From Planctomycetota bacterium (GTDB taxonomy: Bacteria > Planctomycetota > GCA-002687715 > CAIWVZ01), in the NCBI GenBank assembly GCA_044222185.1, contig JBGANV010000001.1, positions 1,728,001 to 1,792,000 on the forward strand: a stretch of DNA of 64,000 bases. The letters are read 5' to 3'. A program made the position numbers and the translations under genes. This document shows positions 9,840-19,799 of this stretch, piece by piece (position 1 is the first letter of the stretch; each line of letters starts with the position of its first letter). Below the pieces are notes generated by a model, which saw nothing but the letters and a program-made list of their open reading frames with translations, was not told the DNA's origin and made no database searches.

Positions 9840-11474
9840 TCACAGGTAGAAGAAGATCATGCGCCCCGCCGTCAACGCGAGGTTCGTGCCGCCGGCGTTG
9901 AACGCGCCCGCGGGGTCGAGCACGGCTGCCTGCGCGTAGTAGACCGAGGCGATCGGGATCGGACCCGCGAGAGGAATCGTCGCAGTCCAGTTGCCTGACG
10001 CATCCGTCACTCCGAGGCCGAGGCCGCCTGAGGGCAGCACGAGATTCCCAGGCGCGAGACTGAGTTGGATGCCGCAGCCAGCGATAGGCGTGGCCTGAGT
10101 GGAGAGGGCAAGAACCACGGGGGTGGCCGGCGGCGCGACGACGGTGAATGCGAACGTGACGTTGCCGAGGAATGCCGACCCGACGCGAAGCTGAGGTACG
10201 ACGGTGCCCGCGCACGCGGTTCCGAACTCCGAGAAGTTCTCGTAGATCGCGAGCCCGGTCGTGTCGTCGTTGCCGATCAGGTCGTCGTCGCCGTCGAGGT
10301 CGATGTCCACGAACCGCGTCGTCGGCGCCGGCGGGTGGGCCGACAGGTTGATGTCGGTCACGTTCGACGCGTACGCGTACGGGTACGTCGCCATGCGCGC
10401 GTCGAAGCCAGGGGCGGGCGCCGTGCAACCGAAGCCCGAGCAGTACGGATTCCGCCAGCACGCGAAGTCGCGGCTCGACGACTTGTCGAGGCGCGGAGTT
10501 TCGATCCGCAATGACTGCGGCGTCCCAGCCGGGATTGGGAGAACGATCTGCCCGGTCTGAAGCAGCGCGCCGGTCGTCGTCCCGTAGTTGGCGAGGACGA
10601 AGGCAAAGTTGAGTTGACCGGCCGAGCGATAGGTCAGGAAGTCGTGCCGCCCGTCACCGTCCATGTCCGCGACGAACGTCACGCCGAAGGTCGGCACGAT
10701 CGAAGTGATCGGCTGCGACGTGGAATGGATGGCGCCGAAACCCGCCGCCGTGTTCACCGTCATCACGTCGACCGAGTGCAAGAGGTTCGCCGTCAACGGA
10801 GGCAGCCAAGCCAGATCCCACACTCCATCGCCATCGAAGTCCCCCGCCCGCACGGTCGGAGGTCGGCACGCGATGGTCGTCGCCGCTACGAACGGAAAGG
10901 CCGGCCATGCGTTGGCGCAGAGTTGACAGGTCGCGCTCGTCGGATTGGAAGCCGAGTCTTCCACGAGAAGCAGGTCGGCGTACGGGTCGGAATCGAAGGG
11001 TGCCGCGATGACGACGCGCGTGGAACCCGGCGTCTGAGCCGGCAAGGCCACGGTCGTCGGAGGCTGGAACGTCCCGTTGCCGTTGCCCAACAGCACGAAG
11101 ACGGCCGTCGCTCCCAGGAAGTCCACGCCGGTGACGACGAGGTCGAGCGTCGCGTTCGCATCGATGCGGCCGGAAGCCACCGACGACACGTAGAGCCCGC
11201 CCGGCAGACCGCCGGACGGGACGATCGTCGGAAGCGCCGAAAGCTGCGCGGCGCCAGCGCTACCTGCGTCGAGTAGGATCTGCGCTCCCCCCACCGTCGT
11301 GCCGAAGACGATGTCGACCAACCCGTTGTTGTTGAAGTCTCCCGTCGTTTCGATCGACGAGGCAATGCTGCCGGGGGCACCGTGGGCCTTGAACCGGAGG
11401 ACCTGACTCGGCGCGTCCATTCCGATGGCCGCGCAAACGAGGAGGGTCGTCAACGTCCAGTGGAATTTGGTCAT
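9840..11474 (-). CDS. Secreted FG-GAP repeat protein with shared C-terminal domain
   Basis: GDFNNNGLVD, LGNGNGTF, GDFDGDG motifs; signal peptide ending PS-Q; tandem paralog of 11520-13172. Confidence 0.85.
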   Translation of the reverse strand: MTKFHWTLTTLLVCAAIGMDAPSQVLRFKAHGAPGSIASSIETTGDFNNNGLVDIVFGTTVGGAQILLDAGSAGAAQLSALPTIVPSGGLPGGLYVSSVASGRIDANATLDLVVTGVDFLGATAVFVLLGNGNGTFQPPTTVALPAQTPGSTRVVIAAPFDSDPYADLLLVEDSASNPTSATCQLCANAWPAFPFVAATTIACRPPTVRAGDFDGDGVWDLAWLPPLTANLLHSVDVMTVNTAAGFGAIHSTSQPITSIVPTFGVTFVADMDGDGRHDFLTYRSAGQLNFAFVLANYGTTTGALLQTGQIVLPIPAGTPQSLRIETPRLDKSSSRDFACWRNPYCSGFGCTAPAPGFDARMATYPYAYASNVTDINLSAHPPAPTTRFVDIDLDGDDDLIGNDDTTGLAIYENFSEFGTACAGTVVPQLRVGSAFLGNVTFAFTVVAPPATPVVLALSTQATPIAGCGIQLSLAPGNLVLPSGGLGLGVTDASGNWTATIPLAGPIPIASVYYAQAAVLDPAGAFNAGGTNLALTAGRMIFFYL

Positions 11475-11519
11475 GTCTTGGCTCGCGATGTCTCCGTGCT
11501 GTCGGATGCGCAGTCGCTT

Positions 11520-13172
11520 TCAGAACAACAAGATCGTGCGTGCATTCGTCAGCGCGAACGAGGCGCCGCCGAGGTGGAATGGGCCGGTGGGATCCAGCAC
11601 CGCCGCTTGCGCGAAATACGCACCGGCCAAAGCGGGAACGCTTGGCAACGGAATGGACAGAGTGAAGAGACCACCGGGTCCTGTCGCACCGAATCCGAGC
11701 TGCCCGTGCGGCAGGATGAGGTTGGTCGACCCGAGATCGATCTGCGGCCCGCACGCGGCCGACGGCGCGAGCTGCGTTGACAGCCCGAGAACGACCGGAG
11801 CGTTCGGCGCTCCCGAGACCTGGATCACGAAACTCGCGCTCCCGAGTGCTCCAGGAGTGGACACGAGTCCCGCGGCCGTGGATCCGGAGCATCCTCCACC
11901 GAGTTCGGCGGTGTTGTCCAACCGGGTCATGAAGCCTGCCGTCGTGGTCCCAAGAAGGTCGGCATCGCCGTCCAGGTCGAGGTCGCGAAGCAGGTGTGCG
12001 ACGGAGACTCCCGGGGACGGCTGGGTGAGGACCGTACCCGTCGCCGCATAGGTTCGGCCCGCCGTGGACATCCAACTGAGGTGATAAGGCGGCGACGGCG
12101 AGCAGCCGGGTGCGCCACAAATGGGGACCACCCAATAGAGCAGGTCCAGATCGCCCGCCCGATCGAGGTCGGCGATTTCGACCGCAGGTGGTGTCGACGG
12201 GTAGCCGTTCGCGTAGTTCGCGACGGACGCAGACGACGGCGACAGGAAGGTCCCGGTGCCCGTTCCGTAGCAGATGAAGACGCTGAACTGGGCGAACGAT
12301 GAGGGCCCGACCTGGAAGGCCACGAGATCCGAGAACCCGTCGCCGTCCATGTCGGCAGTCGACAGCTGGATGTTCGTACCGCCTCCGGGCGTCGTGACCG
12401 TCTGGACGGTGCCGAAGCCGGTGCTCGTGCTCAGGTGTCTCGCGCGGGCCACGACGGTCCCGGCCGTAGTGCCGGCGGTGACCCAGGCCAGTTCGTCGAT
12501 GCCGTCGCCGTCGAAGTCGCCCGTGGTGAACGAGAACGCAGGGATTGCCAGTGGCGCACCCGCGATCCAAACCGGCCATTGATTGTGGAAGATCTGGCAC
12601 GTCGGCGCGCCGTTGGGTGGGTACGAGATGAGCAGGATGTCGGAGAGCCCGTCGGCATCCATGCGCGCCACGCGGGCGCGTCGGTATCCGCCAACGAACG
12701 CCATCGGAGGAAGCGGCACGGGAACGGCCGGCTGAAAGGTCCCATCCCCGTTGCCGAGAAGTATGAACGTGTCACCGAGCGCTGTCGCGACGGATGTGAC
12801 GATGATCACGTCCAGGTTGATGTCTCCGTCGAAGTGGCCGACGCCGATCGCGCCACTGGTGAGCCCATTGGGAAGCGTCGTCGGCCCGATCAGAGGCAGA
12901 AGCGTGGCGAGACTCGACCCTGTGGCAACGCCGGGATCGAGGAGCAGGCCGTATCCGGACGGGTCGAGAAACACCACGTCGGGAAGCCCGTTGTTGTTGA
13001 AGTCGCCCACGGCTTCTGCGGAGAACACGAAGCCCAACGCAGGTCCCTGCGCACCCTGGCGGAAGATCTGCGCGGGGAGCACGCACGTCTGAAGCATGGC
13101 CGCCGCCATCACGATGACCGATGTCACACACGTCCTGATGCACATGGCGTTGATCCTGAAGCGGAGCGCCAC
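11520..13172 (-). CDS. Secreted FG-GAP repeat protein with shared C-terminal domain
   Basis: GDFNNNGLPD, LGNGDGTF, ADMDGDG motifs; signal peptide ending PA-Q; start may be at 13145. Confidence 0.85.
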   Translation of the reverse strand: MALRFRINAMCIRTCVTSVIVMAAAMLQTCVLPAQIFRQGAQGPALGFVFSAEAVGDFNNNGLPDVVFLDPSGYGLLLDPGVATGSSLATLLPLIGPTTLPNGLTSGAIGVGHFDGDINLDVIIVTSVATALGDTFILLGNGDGTFQPAVPVPLPPMAFVGGYRRARVARMDADGLSDILLISYPPNGAPTCQIFHNQWPVWIAGAPLAIPAFSFTTGDFDGDGIDELAWVTAGTTAGTVVARARHLSTSTGFGTVQTVTTPGGGTNIQLSTADMDGDGFSDLVAFQVGPSSFAQFSVFICYGTGTGTFLSPSSASVANYANGYPSTPPAVEIADLDRAGDLDLLYWVVPICGAPGCSPSPPYHLSWMSTAGRTYAATGTVLTQPSPGVSVAHLLRDLDLDGDADLLGTTTAGFMTRLDNTAELGGGCSGSTAAGLVSTPGALGSASFVIQVSGAPNAPVVLGLSTQLAPSAACGPQIDLGSTNLILPHGQLGFGATGPGGLFTLSIPLPSVPALAGAYFAQAAVLDPTGPFHLGGASFALTNARTILLF

Positions 13173-13383
13173 GAGTCCGGGTCCATGCGTACGCCAGAGT
13201 GGACCGGGAGGTGACTCGCTCGCCCGGCATCATAAAGGACCCCCGCTCCCGGAACGTCACGGCAAGACGATGAGGAACGCACCCCGAGCCGTGAAAACGC
13301 GATCTCGCGGGTTGGTTCTCGCTGCCGCAGTCGGAGTCGGCGCCCGAAGGGCGCGACCGCCATCGATTCTCGGTCGCAATCCA

Positions 13384-13586
13384 GGAACGCCGGGCTTCGC
13401 CCGGCTGGTTGGGCAGGCTCCAGCCTGCCCGCGGTCATGCATCGCACGCCCGCCGAGGCCGGCGACCCCGAACCGACCGTGAGCGTGATCGCGCGGAGTC
13501 GGAGCCGCGCATGAGCGATCGAATCCGCTCCTTGGTTCCAGGCAGGGCGGAGCCCTGCCGTCCAGCCGGGCGAAGCCCGGCGCTCC
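13384..13586. repeat. Pair of inverted REP-like palindromic units (REPIN-like)
   Basis: 13384-13429 GGAACGCCGGGCTTCGCCCGGCTGG..GGCAGGCTCCAGCCTGCC versus reverse complement of 13541-13586 GGAGCGCCGGGCTTCGCCCGGCTGGACGGCAGGGCTCCGCCCTGCC; each unit holds two hairpins. Confidence 0.7.
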
Positions 13587-13704
13587 GAAAAACGACGAAC
13601 GCGTGTCCACGGTCAGGCGCGAGATGCAAAGGGGCGAACGGCCAAGGTCATCTGGCCTGCGAATCCCCCGGCGGCCCCGCGCCGCAATACCGGAGCACAC
13701 TGCC

Positions 13705-15594
13705 ATGCGTCTCGTCGATCGTCAGCGTTCCCGTCGTGGCTCGGCACAGTCCGCACTCCTCGTCGCCATGGTTGCGCTCGCCCTCGCGACCACGGGATCC
13801 GTTCGCGCCCAATCGTGCGTGCCGACGCCGCCTGGAACGTCGTTCTGGGCGCCGCTCGACGAAAACGCCGGCGCATCACTCCACAACATCGCCAAGCCGA
13901 CCGGCGCGGGCTTCGACGTGGGCAATCCCCAGATCTACTCGGGCTACGTATCGCCCGGACAGGCGCGCCGATACAACGGCTCGTCGCAGTACAGCGAATT
14001 CCCCGACCACCCGTGGCTGAACCCCTGGGAGAACGGCGGCGCCGGGTTCTCCCTGTCATGCTGGGTCAACTGCCTGACGATCGACAACGTGAGCGGCGTC
14101 CGCGTCATCCTCGACAAGCGGACGTTCGTCGGTGGCGCGATTCGAGGCTTCACGTTGTTCCTCGATGGCGGATACCTCGGGTGCCAGATCGCCGATGGCA
14201 CGTACTCGAACTACGTCGCCTACATCCCCTCGCACCAGATCGTCCCGAGCAACCAGTGGCGCTTCATCGCCATGAGCGTGAATCGTCCGCTCGGCCAGGG
14301 CTACCTCCGCGTCGACAACGCCGTGTGGAACTTCAACCCCTCCGCGCACCAGGGCTCGCTGGTGACGAACGCGCCCCTGCGCATCGGCGCGTCGAGCGAT
14401 GCGATCCCCGGCTCACATTTCTCCGGCATCGTCGACGAGCTGATGCTCTCGCAGAAATGGCTGCCGTCCTCGACGTTCGACCCCGTCTACACGGCGACAC
14501 CGTTTGGCGTCGCGGGAATGTGCAAGACGCAGGTCGCGATCTTCAGCGCACCGAGCTTCCCGACGCTCGCGCAATCCTGCGCGTGGGTCCAAGGACGCAT
14601 CTGGAACAACAACGTCTGGCCCATGACGTACGCGTACTCGTTCCAATCGCTCGCCGCGAACTCGGTGCCTGGTTGCACGATCAACGGGCCCACGAGCATC
14701 CAGCCGGCCTCGGGGAACATCACGGTGCTCCCGTTCTCGTTCGCCGACGTCGGGGCGCTGATCAACCGGCCGCTGGGGCTCGGTTACGCGTGCGTCCGGC
14801 TGCAGGCTTCGAGCGGTGGCAACTCGGTCTCGCACACGGCGAGCTTCTGGGTGAACAACGGAACGCTCACCGCAGGCCCTCCATGCGTCTACATTCCATC
14901 GCCGATCGTCAACGCGGGGGTGAATCAGATCGGGACCGCAAGCCTCACGCTCGGCAACGACGGCCCGTCGCCGGTCGCCGCCACGTACCGGCTCGCCGTC
15001 GTCGCTCCCGACGGCACGGAGGACTTCGAGCACGTGAGCCTGAACGGCCTTCCACCTGGCACGGCGCACCTCGAATCCGTGATGCTCTCCCCGGGCACGT
15101 CGCAGGCGATCCCGGTGTCGGCCACCTTCGTCAAGACGGACCCGATGAGGGATTACGCGATCACGCTCCTGGCGGACGCGGGCGGCACGCCCGGCGGGCA
15201 ATTCCAAACGATCGCGTGGGTCGGGCTTCGCGACGCGCGTGCCGACGGCGTCTGTTCCGAGGCGTTGACGCCCGAGGCGGGATCACTGCACTTCGGCGTC
15301 TCTGGAGCCCCCGCTGGCGCGACGGTCTACACGTTCCTGACGTTCGCGCCCGGTGCGTTCCCCTTCGGTTGGTTCTTCGGCCTGGACATCGGCTTCCCGG
15401 ATCTCGTCAATCAATACAACCTCGCCGTTCTCGGCCTGCCGCCGTTCGCCGTCCAGGCTGGCGCGAACGGAACGGCGGATTGGTCGCTGGCGGGACTCCC
15501 CCCGGGAATCCCCGTGTTCGGCGTCAGCGTCACGACAGGCGCAGGTTCGGTCCCGCTTCTGCATTCGAACCCGTTCCAGTTCACGACGCAGTGA
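13705..15594 (+). CDS. Secreted LamG/concanavalin-like domain protein with C-terminal domain
   Basis: RBS GGAG; signal peptide ending RA-Q; WAPLDE, FSLSCWV, QWRFIAM, FSGIVDEL LamG motifs. Confidence 0.8.
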   Translation: MRLVDRQRSRRGSAQSALLVAMVALALATTGSVRAQSCVPTPPGTSFWAPLDENAGASLHNIAKPTGAGFDVGNPQIYSGYVSPGQARRYNGSSQYSEFPDHPWLNPWENGGAGFSLSCWVNCLTIDNVSGVRVILDKRTFVGGAIRGFTLFLDGGYLGCQIADGTYSNYVAYIPSHQIVPSNQWRFIAMSVNRPLGQGYLRVDNAVWNFNPSAHQGSLVTNAPLRIGASSDAIPGSHFSGIVDELMLSQKWLPSSTFDPVYTATPFGVAGMCKTQVAIFSAPSFPTLAQSCAWVQGRIWNNNVWPMTYAYSFQSLAANSVPGCTINGPTSIQPASGNITVLPFSFADVGALINRPLGLGYACVRLQASSGGNSVSHTASFWVNNGTLTAGPPCVYIPSPIVNAGVNQIGTASLTLGNDGPSPVAATYRLAVVAPDGTEDFEHVSLNGLPPGTAHLESVMLSPGTSQAIPVSATFVKTDPMRDYAITLLADAGGTPGGQFQTIAWVGLRDARADGVCSEALTPEAGSLHFGVSGAPAGATVYTFLTFAPGAFPFGWFFGLDIGFPDLVNQYNLAVLGLPPFAVQAGANGTADWSLAGLPPGIPVFGVSVTTGAGSVPLLHSNPFQFTTQ

Positions 15595-15672
15595 AACACA
15601 CGTGGTGCGCGCCGCGGTCCATCGATCACGCGCGCACCACCCGCGATCCGGGAGCCCCGTAAGATCATCGCC

Positions 15673-18366
15673 ATGACCCCGCCCGACGCAAACTCTGGAA
15701 CCGACTCCGAAGCGGGGGCATCGGCGGAGCTGTTCGATTTCGTCCACCAGTACCTGGAGGACGAAGCCAACGCGTCGGTCGGAACGCTCGACGACTACCT
15801 GCGGCGTTTCCCAGGGCTGGAAGAGGAAGTGGCTCTGGAATTCGCGCGCCTCGCCGGCCGCGACGCATCGGACGGGTCGCCCGGCGCAATGGTCCCGGAC
15901 GAACGACGCGTGGGCCCCTACCGGCTCTTGGGACTGATCGGGTGTGGAGGCCAGGCGGCCGTCTATGCCGCCGCCGACACGCGCGTCGATCGGAAGGTTG
16001 CGCTCAAGGTCTTCCACCCGGCGTTCGCCTCGCTGAGCGGCGAGCAGCTCAAGCGCTTCCATCGCGAGGTCGAGGTCGTCTCCAGGCTCAACCACCCAGG
16101 CATCTGCCCCGTGTTCGAGGCTGACACGGACGCCGGGGTGCCATTCCTCGCGATGCCGCTCATCACGGGTGCGACGCTGAAGGACATCCTCGCAGCCGAA
16201 TCTGAAACGGCAGGCGAAACGCAGCGCGACGGATCGCGCGATCGTGCGAGGATCCATCGCGCCGTGAGCATCATCGAGCAGGTCGCCCGCGCGCTCCACG
16301 CGGCGCACGAAGCGGGCATCCTCCATCGCGACGTGAAGCCGGGCAACATCATGGTCGGCGCCGACGACCGGCCGATCATCCTCGACTTCGGCCTCGCCCG
16401 AGAGAGCGACGCGTCGGACGCCGGGACGACCGCGACAGGCGCCCTCGTGGGGACGCCGGCGTACCTCGCGCCCGAGATCGTGACGAGCGGGATCCGATCG
16501 TCGAGCGTGCAGTCGGACGTCTACGCGCTCGGAGTGACGCTCTACGAGTGGATCGCGTCGTCGCTCCCGTTCTCGGCCCCGACCCGTGCCGGGCTGCTCG
16601 CGGCGATCGTCCGTGGCGAGGCGGCGACCCTGCGGTCCATCGAACCCCACGTCGGACGGGATCTGGACGTGGCGGTGGCGACGGCGATGGAGCCCGATTG
16701 CAACCGCCGGTATCAGTCCGCGCAGGCGTTCGCGGACGAGCTCGCGCGCATCCGCGAGGGCCGCCCGATCCTCGCGCGACCCGTGAGTGCGTGGCGACGT
16801 CTCGTGCGATGGTCGCGACGCCGGCCGGCGCTCGCGGCAGCGGCGTTCTGCACGCTCGTCGGGTTCGCGACGAGCATCTTCTTCTGGCATCGCGCAGAGG
16901 TCGCCGTCGACGCCTACGAGATCGTCGCCGGCGCAACCGAGGTGGCGCGCCTGCGTGCCGAGGCCGATCGCCTGTGGCCGCTCGATCCGCAGCTCGCGCC
17001 AGCGATGCGCGACTGGAGCCGGCGGGCACGCGAGATCGCGACGCGACTTCCCGCCATCGACGGCATGCTCGACCGGCTCAGACGATCGGGCACGCGAAGA
17101 ACGGGGTCGCACTCCGACGAGTTCGCGGCCGCGTCTCACCCCGTGGCTTCGGCCGCCGTACCGTTCGTCCCGAGCCCCGAATCCGACACCTGGGAATTCC
17201 CCGACGTTTCGCTGCAGTTCCAGCACGACGTGCTGACGGAATACTCGCGCGGGCTTCACCAGTTCGCCGACGGGGATCGCGGCCTGATCGCGCAGGTCGA
17301 CGGACGGGCGACGTTCCTCGAGATGGTGGCGGCCCGCACGATCGAGCGACACCGCGACGCGTGGCGTGAGGCCATCGCGAGCATCGGCGACGTCGCGCGC
17401 TTCCCGCACTACCGAGGCATCAAGCTCGAACCGATCGCCGGGCTGATACCCATCGGCCCCGATCCCGCGTCGCAGCTCTACGAGTTCGTCGATCTCGGCA
17501 CGACGGCGCTCGAGCTGCGAGACGACCCGGTACCGGTTCGATCCGCCGACGGCCGACTTCGCGTGACGTGGATGACTGGCGTCGTCTTCGTGCTTCTGCC
17601 TGGCGGCGCGACGAAGGTCGGGAGCGTGCCCTCGAAGAGTCCGAACGCGGGTTCCACCGATCAACTCGACGACGATGGCGAACCCCACGAGCGGCCAGTC
17701 CGAGACGTCGTGCTCGAACCGTTCCTCATGTCGAAGTACGAGATGACCCAGGGACAGTGGTCACGCGTGACCGGCCAGAACCCGAGCTTCTTCCAAGATC
17801 AACCGAAGACGATGCCGGACGTCGACCTGCGGCGCATGCCCGTGGAGTTCGTGAGTTGGGAAGAGTCGGACCTCTGGGCTCGACGGCTGGGCTGGGTTCT
17901 GCCGACCGAGGCGCAGTGGGAGTACGCGGCGCGTGGCCTCACCAAGACGGCCTGGTCGACGGGGCGCACGCGCGACTCGTTGATCGGCTTCGCGAACGTC
18001 GCCGGTGCGGAGTTCAACACCGCGTCGGGTTCGTCCCGCGTCCTTCACGAACCGTGGAACGACGGCTTCGAGCGCCCGTGGCCGGTCGGCACCGGACGCG
18101 CGAACCCCTTCGGCCTGCATGACGTCCACGGGAACGTCTGGGAATGGTGTCGGGACGGTTTCAGCGACTACGCCGGGAGTTCGTTCCGCGATGGCGACGG
18201 TTTCAAATCCGGCGGGCAGACTCTCGGTCCGGTGTACCGCGGAGGAAGCTGGCTGCGCGACGCCTATTGGGCGCGCTGCTCCGCACGCCTCTACAACCGG
18301 TCCGACTATCGAAGGAACGAGGTCGGGCTCCGCCCGGCGCGAACCATCCCGATACGAAATGAGTGA
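15673..18366 (+). CDS. Hanks Ser/Thr protein kinase fused to a C-terminal FGE-sulfatase (SUMF1-like) domain
   Basis: IGCGGQAAVY, VALK, HRDVKPGN, DFGLA, GTPAYLAPE; TM segment; MSKYEMTQ, LPTEAQWEYAARG, NPFGLHDVHGNVWEWC, RGGSW. Confidence 0.92.
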   Translation: MTPPDANSGTDSEAGASAELFDFVHQYLEDEANASVGTLDDYLRRFPGLEEEVALEFARLAGRDASDGSPGAMVPDERRVGPYRLLGLIGCGGQAAVYAAADTRVDRKVALKVFHPAFASLSGEQLKRFHREVEVVSRLNHPGICPVFEADTDAGVPFLAMPLITGATLKDILAAESETAGETQRDGSRDRARIHRAVSIIEQVARALHAAHEAGILHRDVKPGNIMVGADDRPIILDFGLARESDASDAGTTATGALVGTPAYLAPEIVTSGIRSSSVQSDVYALGVTLYEWIASSLPFSAPTRAGLLAAIVRGEAATLRSIEPHVGRDLDVAVATAMEPDCNRRYQSAQAFADELARIREGRPILARPVSAWRRLVRWSRRRPALAAAAFCTLVGFATSIFFWHRAEVAVDAYEIVAGATEVARLRAEADRLWPLDPQLAPAMRDWSRRAREIATRLPAIDGMLDRLRRSGTRRTGSHSDEFAAASHPVASAAVPFVPSPESDTWEFPDVSLQFQHDVLTEYSRGLHQFADGDRGLIAQVDGRATFLEMVAARTIERHRDAWREAIASIGDVARFPHYRGIKLEPIAGLIPIGPDPASQLYEFVDLGTTALELRDDPVPVRSADGRLRVTWMTGVVFVLLPGGATKVGSVPSKSPNAGSTDQLDDDGEPHERPVRDVVLEPFLMSKYEMTQGQWSRVTGQNPSFFQDQPKTMPDVDLRRMPVEFVSWEESDLWARRLGWVLPTEAQWEYAARGLTKTAWSTGRTRDSLIGFANVAGAEFNTASGSSRVLHEPWNDGFERPWPVGTGRANPFGLHDVHGNVWEWCRDGFSDYAGSSFRDGDGFKSGGQTLGPVYRGGSWLRDAYWARCSARLYNRSDYRRNEVGLRPARTIPIRNE

Positions 18367-18410
18367 TTCGAGCGCGGCTTCCACGAGATCGCGCGCCGCT
18401 CGAACGCGCG

Positions 18411-19031
18411 TCATTCGTCGTTCGGAATGAGGCCCGGCGGCAACCCGCCTTCGACGAGGCGGGCCTTCAGCCGCTGCCATCGTTTGTGGACGGCCTCCTT
18501 GGTGAGCCCGAGCAGCGGCGCCACGGCCGCGTGGCTCATGCCCTCGAGCCCGCAATGAACGACGAGCTCGCGGTCCTCGCGGTCGAGGCTCGCGAGCAGA
18601 AGTTTGATTCCGTCGAGCGCCTCGTCTCGTGCCAGGCGCCGACTCATGGTCGTGATGCTCGCCGGAAGTTCGTCCACGGCCCACAGTGCCGAACCCGATT
18701 CATCCAGCCGCCGAACGACGTCTGGGCGACGAAGTTGACGAACCGCTTGCAGCAGGACGTTCTTCGCGACGCGAAAGATCCACCCACGGAACGTACCCCG
18801 CGTCGGGTCGTAGGTCGGGAGTGATCGCGACGTCTGGAACCAGACTTCCTGAACCACGTCCTCCGGCGACAGATACCGGCGCAGATGCCTGGGTATCCGT
18901 ACGGTCGCCCACACGAGCAGCGCCGGCGCGATCTTCTCGTACAGGCGCGGAAACGACTCGCGCCCGCGCGCGCCGAGCGCATCCGTCGTCGTTTCGCGCG
19001 CTTCCGGCGTCTCGTCGGGCCCGGTCGCCAT
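18411..19031 (-). CDS. ECF RNA polymerase sigma factor
   Basis: Region 2 EDVVQEVW...FRGWIFRVAKN; region 4 HTH GMSHAAVAPLLGLTKEAVHKRWQR. Confidence 0.88.
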   Translation of the reverse strand: MATGPDETPEARETTTDALGARGRESFPRLYEKIAPALLVWATVRIPRHLRRYLSPEDVVQEVWFQTSRSLPTYDPTRGTFRGWIFRVAKNVLLQAVRQLRRPDVVRRLDESGSALWAVDELPASITTMSRRLARDEALDGIKLLLASLDREDRELVVHCGLEGMSHAAVAPLLGLTKEAVHKRWQRLKARLVEGGLPPGLIPNDE

Positions 19032-19107
19032 GGGCGGTGATGTACCACGGCGCCGCCGGACGATGCAAATCGGAGCGCCGAGGGCCGTCGAGTCGCGGGT
19101 CGTCCGA

Positions 19108-19583
19108 ACGCGATCTCATCTCACGACCCGTGGGATCGGTCCTGAGGACGGACTCGTACGAGCAACCGAGCCTGCCGAGCACCTCGCCGTTCTCCCCCAC
19201 GTGCACGAGCGCCTACGTCACTGATCCGACATCCGCCTCCCTATCGCCAGGGTTCTCCAGGAGGCGGCAGAGATCGAACAGCCGCGCCGCCTGCATGCCA
19301 CGGCCGAGGTCGGTAATCTCATCGTCGCTCGCGCTTTTCGCCCTAAGCTTGCCGAGGGCGTCGCCGACTCCCGCGAACGGCTCGCTCGGCATGCGCCTCG
19401 CCCGTTCGATCCGCGCGTCGATCCAGTCGGTGTCGCCGTCGCCGACGATCCTCCGCCAGCCTGCCGCAGAGACAGGCAGCGAGCGACCCGCGGTATGCCC
19501 TCCGCCGGCTGCGATCGAGCCCACCGGCCAGGATCACGTGCACCGAGGATTCCAGACAGCGGCGAGAGTTGCCCTTGGTTCAC
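19108..19583 (-). pseudogene. Degraded conserved hypothetical gene (frameshift plus nonsense codon)
   Basis: LGARDPGRWARSQ...LRQA, then frameshift near 19459 into WRRIVGDGDTDWID...; in-frame TAG at 19213-19215 followed by ALVHVGENGEVLG...ESVLRTDPTGREMR; family recognised from memory only. Confidence 0.6.
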
Positions 19584-19799
19584 CGCGACATGTATCGAGT
19601 GGGCGGCGTCCGTTCGAGTGAACGATGGCCCGCGGTGACTCCTGGCAAGGGACCGCGTGGAGTCTCAGCGTGCACGGCACCTCGGGCGGAACTGCCGCGG
19701 TCGACGCCCCAGACGGATTACGCCGTCGGGGCGCGAGTGACGCACATCAAAGAGTCATCGAGAGCTCGTCGCACACCACAGGCCGGGTCTGCTCGCGGA

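Noticed and set aside
19069-19095. Third degenerate att copy (ATCGGAGCGCCGAGGG)
   Set aside because: Only about 9-12 matching GC-rich bases; compatible with chance.
19213-19215. Amber read-through or pyrrolysine recoding
   Set aside because: The same gene also has a frameshift and TAG is a normal stop elsewhere in the window; pseudogenisation is simpler.
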